A DNA stretch of 64,000 nt from Mesobacillus sp. (GTDB taxonomy: Bacteria; Bacillota; Bacilli; Bacillales; Cytobacillaceae): assembly GCF_047739415.1 (NCBI RefSeq), contig NZ_JBIQOE010000218.1, forward strand, positions 15,254 through 79,253, given 5' to 3'. Position 1 is the first letter of the stretch; each line of letters opens with the position of its first letter. Shown piece by piece: positions 17,027-26,657 of this stretch. The translations under genes were made by a program, and so were the position numbers. The notes below the pieces were generated by a model. The model did no database searches. It was not told where the DNA came from and saw nothing but the letters and a program-made list of their open reading frames with translations.

Positions 17027-18025
17027 TTAAGCTATTTGTTTGATATGCCCTTGTTTTAAGTCCTCTTTAACAAATTGAACGATCTCTTTTACCTGTTCCA
17101 AAGTGACATGGGTAAAGCAGGAAAAAAGATTTTCAACTCTGATTTTGGGATTTAAAATCTGCACATAATTTAAGACATCATCCATTGAAATTTTATAATG
17201 ATTAGCAACCACGGTTAAATCATTGACTGGCCGCAACACATTGTAATACTGCCTAAACTCAGCTTCAGATGCTTTTTCAAAGACCTCAGTAATAGTTGTT
17301 TGTTGGATACTCGGATTGATTCGTTTGAACAAAGGCATGATCCAATTAGAATGTTCAGTAAGCCCGGTATTTTTTAGATATTCCGTAATCACTTTAACAG
17401 CTGTACCGCGATTAAATTCGGATTTTTCATCTGACATTTGCGGTTTTTGCTGTTGTTGACTAGATGTTTGATTATTAGGGTTTCTCCTTTGTTCGTTTCC
17501 TTCGGAAAAAGAATGCTTTTTTTCATTTTCAGGTAACGCCCATATCGGTAACTTGGGAGGAAGCCAATAACCATAAACATTATTCTTTTTATCGTTTATT
17601 CGTATTGCTCCATCCCGTTTGTCGTCAAAAACTTCCACAAACATGGATTCAAGCTTATACAGATATCGTCCAATACCCCACTGTACAGCTGCTCTTTTCA
17701 TGGCGCCTGAAAGTCCGCCTTTAAGCGATTCAATCTCTGTCTGTTCAGCACCGTCCGATTTTTCAACCCATTCACCATCTATGAAGCAAGAGATAGTGCA
17801 TAAAATTCCATCTTTGAAATCCTTGTAGCTGTTCTTCCAGCCGGCAGGACCGAAGACTTCATCAAGGCGGTTTTGAATTGCCCTGTTTGTTACATAAGCC
17901 AATACCATTGCCCACTTCTTTCCATTTTTAATACCTGAATGACTGACACGCCATTCGATATCCTTAGATGGAAATGGAGCCTGCAGCTTACTGATAACTT
18001 CTTCCATACTACAATCTTGTTTCAT
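17027..18025 (-). CDS. Rad52/Rad22-family single-strand annealing protein with Q-rich linker and extra C-terminal domain
   Basis: 332 aa. DIEWRV...GLSGAMKRAAVQWGIGRYLY matches the Rad52-like SSAP signature. A TSSQQQQKPQ linker is followed by about 120 aa of unknown domain. Confidence 0.7.
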   Translation of the reverse strand: MKQDCSMEEVISKLQAPFPSKDIEWRVSHSGIKNGKKWAMVLAYVTNRAIQNRLDEVFGPAGWKNSYKDFKDGILCTISCFIDGEWVEKSDGAEQTEIESLKGGLSGAMKRAAVQWGIGRYLYKLESMFVEVFDDKRDGAIRINDKKNNVYGYWLPPKLPIWALPENEKKHSFSEGNEQRRNPNNQTSSQQQQKPQMSDEKSEFNRGTAVKVITEYLKNTGLTEHSNWIMPLFKRINPSIQQTTITEVFEKASEAEFRQYYNVLRPVNDLTVVANHYKISMDDVLNYVQILNPKIRVENLFSCFTHVTLEQVKEIVQFVKEDLKQGHIKQIA

Positions 18026-18441
18026 TGAAAACAGCCCCTCTTAAAGTATTTATAACCTTCCACCTCATTTTTTTGCTGAAAACACAAAAAAACCTTTGAG
18101 ATTTGATATAGGACAGAAAAGCATAGAAATGCTTATCTATCATTCATCAACCTCAAAGGTTGCAGTGTTTGTTAGAAACCGCTAATCCAAAATAGGATTG
18201 CAAAAAAATTAAAAAGAAAAAGGTTATAGGAAAATTATACATTTGATATGAGGAAAGGACAACTGAAAATTTATTGCATAGTTGAATTTAGTTTAAATGG
18301 AGCTTTAATTCGGAATAAATTATGCTATAATTGAAACTAACTAAATTATTTTAAAGCGACGACCGCTAGGCACCCCCCTCATTTTAGGGGGATGTTTAGT
18401 GGTTTTTTTGTTTTCACTAAATAAAAGAAGGAGGAAAGATT

Positions 18442-18678
18442 GTGGTTGAATTTAAGAAGATAAAGCCATTAAACGATGCCGAAAGGCTGATTATTCTACG
18501 AAAAAGATTGAATCTCAGTCAATTTCAATTCGCCCAGGAACTAGGGATTAGTTCAAGTTACTTGGGGCAAGCAGAACGCGGAAACTGCTCATTTAGCCCT
18601 TTCTTAAAAGAGCGAATAAATGAATACCTAAAACGGGAGAAAGAAATTAATGAAAAAGATTTATTTGGCAATAAGTGA
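18442..18678 (+). CDS. XRE-family HTH transcriptional regulator
   Basis: 78 aa with LRKRLNLSQFQFAQELGISSSYLGQAERG. RBS AAGGAGG. Divergent from the Rad52-like gene. Confidence 0.7.
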   Translation: MVEFKKIKPLNDAERLIILRKRLNLSQFQFAQELGISSSYLGQAERGNCSFSPFLKERINEYLKREKEINEKDLFGNK

Positions 18679-20083
18679 AGAGGAATCCCTCGGGATTAAA
18701 CCTGTACTATATAAAAAAATACCCAATAGCGAAATCCTTTTTATATCTGACCAGGAAATAGAAGAGGTCTTATCCTCCTCTTTCCATATGCTTATTGTTC
18801 CGTCACATAAAATTGATTTATCCGAAATAAACACATCTGATTTGGCCGGAACGCTTGTTATATTGGATCCATCTCATACTGAATCTTTTTCTGTAAGTAG
18901 AAATGTTGATACATATAATTCGATAGATAACTTTAAAGTAGCTATCCTTACTAAGGATTTAGAAAATCAGGATTTAAAAATAGAAAACAACACATTGAGT
19001 TTAAAGCAAAACTTTGACCATGGGGAAGAAAAGGCCCAACACAAAGAGCCATCCACTCAAAAAAATGAAGTCAGGACGTTTGAAGGTTCAAAACTTACTA
19101 AAGAAACGCGAAAAGCTATGAACAATGTTAATGAAACGGAAGAGGGGAACCTCAGTAAGCCAGTAAACCTGGAAGTTCTTCCTTCTGCACCATTTTCAAA
19201 GGAAGATCCTATTCTTTCTTTGGAACCAGAACATGAGTTGAAAACAAATAGAGCAAAGTTAATAAGAGAAAATAATTTCAATTTTGGAAAATGGAAAGGA
19301 AATAAAATAATAGGAGTATGGTCGCCTCTTGCGACAAATGGTGTTTCTACTTTTGTAATGAATTACGCTATGTTTCTAAGTGATTTTGATATCGACATAA
19401 TGGTGTTGGAGCCTCTAAAAAAGGACCCTGTTCTAAAAAGCAAATTAACGCGTTATCAATCAGTCCCGGATAACTGGGTATCATTTTTTGAAGCTCTTCA
19501 TAATGAAGAGCTTGATATTAATTTAGTTAAGTGGTTTTTTAGAGGGGTTTACTGGCTTCCACTTCAAAAGAATGACTATCTGGGCGAGAAATGGACAAAT
19601 CGAGATATCAATGAATACATGAAGAACCTAAAGAAGTGCGATATCGGTTTTGTAGACTTACCTTCTAAAGAAATAGAGTCCTTTACTGTAGAAGTATTGA
19701 AGCATTTAGATGAATTATGGATCATCATAGACAATAGATATGATCAAACTCTGGAGGAAATAGAAGAGTTTAATAGGATTAGACAGTATAGTTCAACTTT
19801 TAACTTTGCCACTAAATTGATAGTCACGCGGTGCCCTGATGAGGAATGGGCAAAGGATTTAGCCAAAGAACTTGATTTCCCTTTAATAGGGGTACTACCT
19901 TCCATGGATGCGGAAATACAGATGTCTGAGAGAGGTCACAAGCCGCTCCTAGATTATTTTCGTAGCAGGAAAAAATTAACCCCTATCTTTGAGGTCATTA
20001 CAACTCATTTACTTGGTTCTTATTTCGATAAATATAAACCTACTCCTTGGAAAAGAATGAAAAGAATTCTTTCGAAAGGTTGA
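18650..20083 (+). CDS. Hypothetical protein; C-terminal ParA/MinD/CpaE-like fold with a degenerate Walker A
   Basis: 477 aa. IIGVWSPLATNGVSTFVMNYA occupies the P-loop position, and CDIGFVDLPS is Walker-B-like. The N-terminal approximately 90 aa have receiver-like alternation. Overlaps the XRE gene by 29 nt. Confidence 0.35.
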   Translation: MKKIYLAISEEESLGIKPVLYKKIPNSEILFISDQEIEEVLSSSFHMLIVPSHKIDLSEINTSDLAGTLVILDPSHTESFSVSRNVDTYNSIDNFKVAILTKDLENQDLKIENNTLSLKQNFDHGEEKAQHKEPSTQKNEVRTFEGSKLTKETRKAMNNVNETEEGNLSKPVNLEVLPSAPFSKEDPILSLEPEHELKTNRAKLIRENNFNFGKWKGNKIIGVWSPLATNGVSTFVMNYAMFLSDFDIDIMVLEPLKKDPVLKSKLTRYQSVPDNWVSFFEALHNEELDINLVKWFFRGVYWLPLQKNDYLGEKWTNRDINEYMKNLKKCDIGFVDLPSKEIESFTVEVLKHLDELWIIIDNRYDQTLEEIEEFNRIRQYSSTFNFATKLIVTRCPDEEWAKDLAKELDFPLIGVLPSMDAEIQMSERGHKPLLDYFRSRKKLTPIFEVITTHLLGSYFDKYKPTPWKRMKRILSKG

Positions 20084-20269
20084 TTTGATTTTAATTGAGA
20101 TGCTATGATGATAGTAATCTACTTTATAATTTTTTCGTTTTTTGTGCTATCTTTCGAAGATATGCGGGATTCTATCAAAATAGCGGTCTTTGGATCGTAG
20201 GCAAGGGGTATTTATGCTCTTACTACAATCCATTGGCTGCTTTTTTATTTTCCAATGGAGGTGATTATC

Positions 20270-20563
20270 ATGAATTTAAAAGAGATTAAAAAGGTTCTTA
20301 TGACCGGCAAGGGAAAAATTATTATTGGGGGACACACACAGGGGCGCTTAGCTAAGAGAGGATATTCAAAGGGGGATATTGTCACAGCAATCTTTAATGG
20401 TCAGATAGTCGAACGGCAAGGTGCTCAAAAGATTGCGATAGCCGGCCGCGATATGGATGATAATCCAATCGTAATAGTCATCGCTAAACTTTCAGCATTA
20501 TCTTTCAAAGTCGTTACAGTTATGCCACCTATAGACCATCACCGATTTAAAGACTGCGTATGA
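20270..20563 (+). CDS. DUF4258-like small protein (putative toxin-fold)
   Basis: ATG at 20270 after GGAGGTG. GGHTQGRLAKRGYSKGDIVTAIFNGQIVERQ resembles the DUF4258 signature. Confidence 0.5.
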   Translation: MNLKEIKKVLMTGKGKIIIGGHTQGRLAKRGYSKGDIVTAIFNGQIVERQGAQKIAIAGRDMDDNPIVIVIAKLSALSFKVVTVMPPIDHHRFKDCV

Positions 20564-20587
20564 CAAAAAGTACTTTAAGAGAGGCGG

Positions 20588-21853
20588 ATGCAGATTATGA
20601 AATTTATGCGAAAGACAAGATTATCAGGCTGGTACGAATATTACCGTACCCCATGTCCTATTTGTGGTCATACTGGCGGTTGTATGGCGCATGAAGATGG
20701 TAATGTAGTTGCTTGTATTAGAGTGGAGAGCGAGAAGGTCTTTTCAAAAAATTCAGCCCTACCAAGCTTTTTGCACTTTCTTAATGGAAACAAGAAGCAG
20801 AAAATCAACAAAAGTGAGGTAGAGGAATTTAAAGGAAATCCTAAGCGGGATTCTAACGAATTGAACAAGGTCTTCAGAACATTTCTTGATAATCTTGAAC
20901 TAGAAGATGATCACTATGCTCACCTTACCTCTCCTCAACGACAACTGTCGGATAAACAGGTTATGATTCGGGAGTATCAAAGTTTTCCTGAAAAGCCTTG
21001 GGAGGTAGCAAGAGTAATTAGTGATGAGCTGGATATAGAGGATTTTACCGGCATACCGGGTTTCTATGTTCGTGATAACAAATACTGGACAATAGCAGGC
21101 AATAATGGAATATTAATCCCTTTTCGGAACCATTATAATCAAATTGTCGGATTTCAGTACCGAATCGACAATCCTCCTAATGTTATTGAAATCAAACCAA
21201 ATCGTCCTGGATTGAACGCCCGTATTAAAGAGCAACCAAATTTAGTCCAAGTGACTTTCGAAGGGGAAATCATACTCGAAAAAACTATTGAACTAAACAA
21301 AACATGGACCACCATTACCCATAATGGAGATATCAAGGGGTGGGTGAGAGTTGTAAAAGGTAACCGTTATTACTGGCTAAGTTCAGCAAATAAACCGCAA
21401 GGAACAGGGTCGGGCGATCCCGCTCCTATACACGTTTCAGTGCCATCTTCAAAACTCAAAAAATGGGAATCAGGAACTTTACAAAAAGCTCGTACCGTGT
21501 GGCTATCTGAAGGTCCTCTAAAATGTGATATAGCGTCTGATTGTATCGAGAAACTATATGATCCGCTAGAATTAGAGGATATTGGAACAACCTTCATAGC
21601 CCTTCCAGGAGTCGGTGCGTGGAGATTAGCAATCCCTGTTATGAAAGAGATGGGAGTTGAGCAAGTGAATTTATGCTTTGACGCTGATGCAGTTTCAAAC
21701 GCGCAAGTAAAGAAACATCTTATGGAGTGTGCGAAAGAATTGAAGCAGCATGGGTTCAAAGCAAATTTAATTTTATGGAATGAGGAAGAAGCTAAAGGCC
21801 TTGATGATTTATTGCTAAAAAATAGGTTGCCTCACATAAAAAAATTATTTTAG
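20588..21853 (+). CDS. Zn-ribbon plus Toprim-domain protein (plasmid primase-like, DUF3854-like)
   Basis: 421 aa. N-terminal CPICGHTGGC...VACIR. C-terminal Toprim-like VWLSEGPLKCDI and LCFDADAVSN. Confidence 0.55.
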   Translation: MQIMKFMRKTRLSGWYEYYRTPCPICGHTGGCMAHEDGNVVACIRVESEKVFSKNSALPSFLHFLNGNKKQKINKSEVEEFKGNPKRDSNELNKVFRTFLDNLELEDDHYAHLTSPQRQLSDKQVMIREYQSFPEKPWEVARVISDELDIEDFTGIPGFYVRDNKYWTIAGNNGILIPFRNHYNQIVGFQYRIDNPPNVIEIKPNRPGLNARIKEQPNLVQVTFEGEIILEKTIELNKTWTTITHNGDIKGWVRVVKGNRYYWLSSANKPQGTGSGDPAPIHVSVPSSKLKKWESGTLQKARTVWLSEGPLKCDIASDCIEKLYDPLELEDIGTTFIALPGVGAWRLAIPVMKEMGVEQVNLCFDADAVSNAQVKKHLMECAKELKQHGFKANLILWNEEEAKGLDDLLLKNRLPHIKKLF

Positions 21854-21863
21854 TTTTTTAGCT

Positions 21864-21902
21864 AGTCCTTTGAGAAAACATTCTCGAAGGACTTCTTTTT
21901 TT
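21864..21902 (+). terminator. Intrinsic terminator after the primase-like gene
   Basis: Stem agtcctt-gaga / tctc-aaggact (21864-21893), followed by cttttttttg. Confidence 0.7.
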
Positions 21903-22011
21903 GTTTAAATGCCCCACTAAAAACCAACTAAACAAAATGGATTATATTCCCTTTCAAAAGTAATAGAATTTATTTTAGAATAAAAACGGATACTATTTAC
22001 AGGAGATAAAA

Positions 22012-22041
22012 ATGAGAAAATATACAAAAAAAGTACTATTA
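22012..22041 (+). pseudogene. 5' fragment (10 codons) of the HNH-repeat gene split by the transposon
   Basis: AGGAGA RBS, then ATG at 22012 reading MRKYTKKVLL. Continues in frame at 31513 once the transposon and one TATTA copy are removed. Confidence 0.7.
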
Positions 22042-22079
22042 GGGGTTCCGTCAGGAAAATGCGGATTTACAACGCTAAG
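22042..22079. repeat. Left terminal inverted repeat of the Tn3-family element
   Basis: ggggttccgtcaggaaaatgcggatttacaacgctaag. As I recall it, this closely resembles the Tn1546 IR (GGGGTAGCGTCAGGAAAATGCGGATTTACAACGCTAAG). Confidence 0.9.
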
Positions 22080-22115
22080 CACATTTTCGAGACGGTTCCC
22101 CCTTTTTTAACAACG

Positions 22116-24863
22116 TTAAGAAAGTTTTAGTGGTCTTAAAGAGCCTATAGAGATTACCTTCTCCGGATTAAAGTGATATTCTCCTAGTAAATTAATATGT
22201 TCCCAACCTAGAGGCGACATATGGTGCAATAATTCTTCATTAAAACTACGAGACTGTTTTTGATATTCGACTGCTTTTGTTAGATGTAAGGTATTCCAGA
22301 TACCGCATTAATGATTATATTTAAGGCACTGGCCCTTTGCAATTGATGCTGTATGGTTCGTTCCCTAAGCTCACCTTGTTTTCCAAAGAAAATAGCCCTT
22401 GCCAATCCATTCATGGCTTCTCCTTTATTCAATCCTCGTTGTATTTTTCTTCTTAATGATTCATCCGATATATAATTCAAAATAAAGATCGTTTTTTCTA
22501 TTCGGCCCATCTCACGTAAGGTGGTAGCTAAGCTGTTTTGTCTTGAATAGGAACCTAGTTTCCCCATAATAAGGGATGTTGAAACTGTTCCTTCCTTTAT
22601 AGAATGAGCTAATCGCAAAACATCTTCATAATTTTCTTTAATGACCTTTGTATTTATTTGTCCACGTAAAATGGCTTCTAATTTTGGATATTCACTTGCT
22701 TTATCTATTGTAAATAATTTTGAATCTGATAAATCTCTTATTCTTGGAGCAAATTTAAATCCTAATAAATGAGTAAGCCCAAATATTTGGTCTGTGTAAC
22801 CAGCTGTGTCTGTATAATGCTCTTCTATATTTAGATCCGTCTCATGGTGACAATTGTAATTTATGGAAATTTACTAATATGGCTTGTGCCTTATTCATTG
22901 CATCTTCATACAGACGCCATTGAGATACATTGGCTAGTTGCTTATATGTAAGTCCGGGTGTGGCTTCGGCCATCTTGCTTAAGCCAATATTCATTCCCAT
23001 TCCTAAAAGGGCAGCCATGATAATGATTGTTTCCTCCTTATCTGGTTTTCGATTATTGGAAGCATGAGTGAATTGCTCATGAAATCCTGTTATATGAGCA
23101 ACATCCATAAGTAAATCAGTTAATTTTATTCTTGGTAGCATTTGATAAAGGCTTGCGCTAAATTTTTTTGCTTCTTCTGGAACATCTTTTTCTAAGCGTG
23201 CAAGTGACAGTTTTCCTTTTTCAAGAGAAACCCCATCTAACTTGTTGGAATTGGCAGCTAACCATTTTAACTTTTCATTAAGGCTACTGGTTCTCTTTGT
23301 TATATAATCTTTGAATGATAAACTAACTGATAATCTCGTATTCCCCTTCGATTGATTCCATATATCTTCCGAAAACAAATATTCCTCAAAATCCCTATAT
23401 TGTCTGCTGCCAACAATAGAAACATCTCCTGCCCGAACATGCTCCCGAAGTTCTGTTAAAACAGCCATTTCATAGTAATGACGATTAATTGTTGTACCAT
23501 CATCCTCGTATAAATGCTTTTTCCATCGTTTTGAAATAAAATCCACAGGTGAGTCATCAGGCACTTTTCGCTTTCCGGATTCGTTCATTCCTCGAATAAT
23601 CTCAACAGCCTGTAAAAGTGGCTCATTTGCCTTTGTAGAATGGAATTCCAATACTCTTAATAGCGTTGGCGTATATTTTCTTAGTGAATAAAACCGTTTT
23701 TGCAGTAAGTCCAAATAATCATAGTCGGCAGGACGGGCAAGCTTTTGAGCATCTTCTACTGAAGAGACAAAGGTATCCCATTCAATAATCGATTCTAAAA
23801 CCTTAAAAACGTCTAATTTTTCCTCTCTTGCTTTAATTAATGCTTGTCCGATGTTCGTAAAGTGTATAACTTTCTCATTTAGTTTTTTACCGTTTTGTTT
23901 CTGGATTTCCTCTTGAGCCTTACGACCTTTTGATAACAAACTAAGTATTTGCCTATCATGAATTTCAAACGCATTATCTGTTAGCTCCTGAGTAAGTTGT
24001 AATAAATAGACGGTTAATATCGAATAACGTTTATTTTCTTGAAAGTCACGGAATGCATACGGCTCGTATCTTGAACCTAAGCGAGATAGCTGTAATAGGC
24101 GGTTGCGATGCAAATGGCTAATTTTTACCGTCTCTAATTCTATTCCCCGAATGTATTCGAGTCGTTCTATTACTTTCAGAAATGTTTCGGGTGAAGGATG
24201 ACCCGGTGGTTCCTTTAACCAACCCAATAACGTTTTATTGGATTCGGATGGATGCTGCGAAGTAATGATCTCTTCAAGTTTTACTTTTTGCTCATTTGTT
24301 AGGGACTGACTAACCGTATTAAATAGCTTCTTTTCGGCCATTGCTCTTGCCTCCCACACCATTCTCTCAAGTGTAGTGATAGCAGGTAGTATGATTTTGT
24401 TTTTTCTTAGGAGGTCGATACATTCATGTAGTAGATGAATGGCATCACCATTTTCCAAAGCTAATTGATGAAGATGCTTAAAGGTCATTCGATATTCTTT
24501 TAGGGTAAAAGTTACAAAATCGTATTCACTTCGAATTTCTTTCAAATGATCCCAAAGTGTATTTTCTCTTTGAGGATAAAGACTAAGTGAAGATGGACTA
24601 GCACCGATTTGTTTTGATATATAATGTATGAGCGAATCTGGGATGCTTTTGATATGAGTGTACGGCCAACCAGGGTACCGAAGAACGGCTAATTGAACGG
24701 CGAACCCTAACCGGTTTTCTTCTCTTCTTCGTTTATTTATAATTTCTAAATCTCGTTTGGAAAAAGTGTAGTAGGTTCCTAGCACCCAGTCATCTTCTGG
24801 AATTTGCATAAGAGCCTCTCTCTGTTCGGGTGTAAGCAATTCCCTACCTCTCGCAATTTTCAT
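22116..24863 (-). pseudogene. tnpA: Tn3-family transposase TnpA, disrupted by at least two frameshifts
   Basis: A 673-aa N-terminal ORF (22842-24863), a 112-aa fragment (22280-22618), and a further C-terminal segment in another frame (WNTLHLTKAVEYQK...LRPLKLS, stop at 22116). Together these span about 915 codons. Confidence 0.8.
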
Positions 24864-25010
24864 TCAGCATCATCCCATTTCTATAATTTCTCAATTTATT
24901 ACTTCAATTATATATCAATAGAGTGTACTCTATTGATACAAGTATAGTAGACTGATAAAATCATAGTTAAGAGTGTCTCATAAGACTTGTCTCAATAACG
25001 AGGTGAAATT
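24864..25010. promoter_or_regulatory. res region between tnpA and tnpR
   Basis: Palindrome tatcaatagag-tgta-ctctattgata at 24913-24938. TGTCTCA repeats lie at about 24975-24995. The position is typical for res sites and divergent promoters. Confidence 0.6.
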
Positions 25011-25586
25011 TTGCAGAAAATCGGTTATGTACGCGTCAGTTCGACTAGCCAAAATCCTTCAAGACAATTTCGGCAATTGAACGAAATTGGAATGGATATT
25101 ATTTATGAAGAAAAAACTTCAGGAGCCACAAAAGATCGTGAACAACTTCAAAAAATGTTAGAGGATTTACAGGAAGGTGACATTATTTATGTTACAGATT
25201 TAACTCGGATCACTCGAAGTACGCAAGATTTATTTGAATTGATTGATTTAATACGAAATAAAAAGGCAAGCTTAAAATCACTTAAGGATACATGGCTAGA
25301 TTTATCAGAAGATAATCCATATAGCCAATTCTTAATTACGGTAATGGCTGGTGTTAACCAATTAGAGCGAGACCTTATTCGTATGCGTCAGCGTGAAGGA
25401 ATTGAGCTCGCAAAGAAAGAAGGGAAGTTTAAAGGACGGTTAAAGAAATATCATAAAAATCACGCAGGAATGAATTATGCAGTAAAGCTATATAAAGAAG
25501 GAAATATGACTGTAAATCAAATTTGTGAAATTACAAATGTATCTAGAGCTTCTTTATATAGAAAGCTATCGGAAGGAAAAAAATAA
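25011..25586 (+). CDS. tnpR: Serine recombinase (resolvase)
   Basis: 191 aa. The N-terminus MQKIGYVRVSSTSQNPSRQ carries the catalytic Ser context. C-terminal HTH NQICEITNVSRASLYRKL. Confidence 0.85.
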   Translation: MQKIGYVRVSSTSQNPSRQFRQLNEIGMDIIYEEKTSGATKDREQLQKMLEDLQEGDIIYVTDLTRITRSTQDLFELIDLIRNKKASLKSLKDTWLDLSEDNPYSQFLITVMAGVNQLERDLIRMRQREGIELAKKEGKFKGRLKKYHKNHAGMNYAVKLYKEGNMTVNQICEITNVSRASLYRKLSEGKK

Positions 25587-25840
25587 GCATTCATTACTTA
25601 TATTAAAAATTTCCGGGGATTGTGAAACAACGTACCTAACCAAGCAGGCTATTTCTATAAGGAAGTATCAATATTTGTTTATCTAACTAGGCACGATCAT
25701 CAAAGGGTTCCGAGTACATTTTAACGGAGATATACGCTAAACTCAGATTTAAAGCAAGGCTGTATTTTCCGAGAACACTTTATAAAAAACAACCTTAGTC
25801 AATCACAAACGAAGGTTGTTTTTATAAAGTCATGGTCTAA

Positions 25841-26293
25841 TTAAAACAATTGCTGTCCCAAGAGCATACTTGAGACTGAAAAGGCACCAGCAGGTGGTAA
25901 AACATTAGTATATATGGGAGGTCCCAAACGGGGTGTAAAGGTTGTAGCAATCCAATTTCCATATTCACCAGCCAGCAAAGAGGGAGGTTTCATTATAAAC
26001 CGTCCACTTAAAACGAAATGCCGAATGCTTATAGCGGTCTCATCAAATATTGTCAAGTTGCCAAAAAAGGAGGCATATGGTGAATCGAAACTTATTTGTT
26101 TAGCGCTTTCGTCCCAATACCCATTAATCGGAATAGGTATACCACGAAAATTAACTGTACCTACTACTTTGTTGTCTACAATGGAATCAATGGTAAGTAT
26201 ACCTCTAATAATGGATCTCCCCGCAATAGAAGCATCAATCCCCCATACGGATGGAAAGGGGATACTAACTTTGGCTGTCTTTGGAATTTTCAA
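25841..26293 (-). CDS. Hypothetical protein (transposon cargo)
   Basis: 150 aa. TTG start after AAGGAGAGG. Followed by the hairpin aacaacctt...aaggttgtt at about 25786-25822. Preferred over the overlapping plus-strand ORF. Confidence 0.45.
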   Translation of the reverse strand: MKIPKTAKVSIPFPSVWGIDASIAGRSIIRGILTIDSIVDNKVVGTVNFRGIPIPINGYWDESAKQISFDSPYASFFGNLTIFDETAISIRHFVLSGRFIMKPPSLLAGEYGNWIATTFTPRLGPPIYTNVLPPAGAFSVSSMLLGQQLF

Positions 26294-26657
26294 AATTAAC
26301 CTCTCCTTGATTATTTTATGTATGGATTGAGTTGTATTTAATCATAATCCTGTAGTAATGATACAGTATATGCACAGAGAATCACTTAGGTGTTTTGTTA
26401 AGAAAGAAGCATCAATAATCAATCAGCCTACTGTCTAGATGAACAAGAGTTTGCCTGACCCACGAAAAATATGGAACATTAATTCCTGCTGCTCATACAT
26501 ATGGTCTCGCATTTGGAAAATTTCTTAGCTTTAAAATAAATCATCTGATTCAATGAAATGTAATGCCTATCATCACCTATTTTTATATGTACCTCAGAAG
26601 AATTCCTATACCTCCGTTACTCTTCGATCATATTGCATTTGTACGAGGTGGTGTAAA

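Noticed and set aside
20095-20289. 64-aa plus-strand ORF before the DUF4258-like gene
   Set aside because: It has no RBS and an odd Phe/Tyr/Cys-rich composition. It occupies the likely promoter/leader of the next gene.
22280-22618. 112-aa ORF as an independent gene
   Set aside because: Its sequence (…ISDESLRRKIQRGLNKGEAMNGLARAIFFGKQGELRERT…QLQRASALN) is the conserved C-terminal region of Tn3-family TnpA. It is a fragment of the frameshifted transposase.
25914-26330. 138-aa plus-strand ORF overlapping the 150-aa minus-strand ORF
   Set aside because: The minus-strand ORF has an AAGGAGAGG RBS, a downstream terminator and a more globular-looking sequence. The plus-strand ORF has neither signal.
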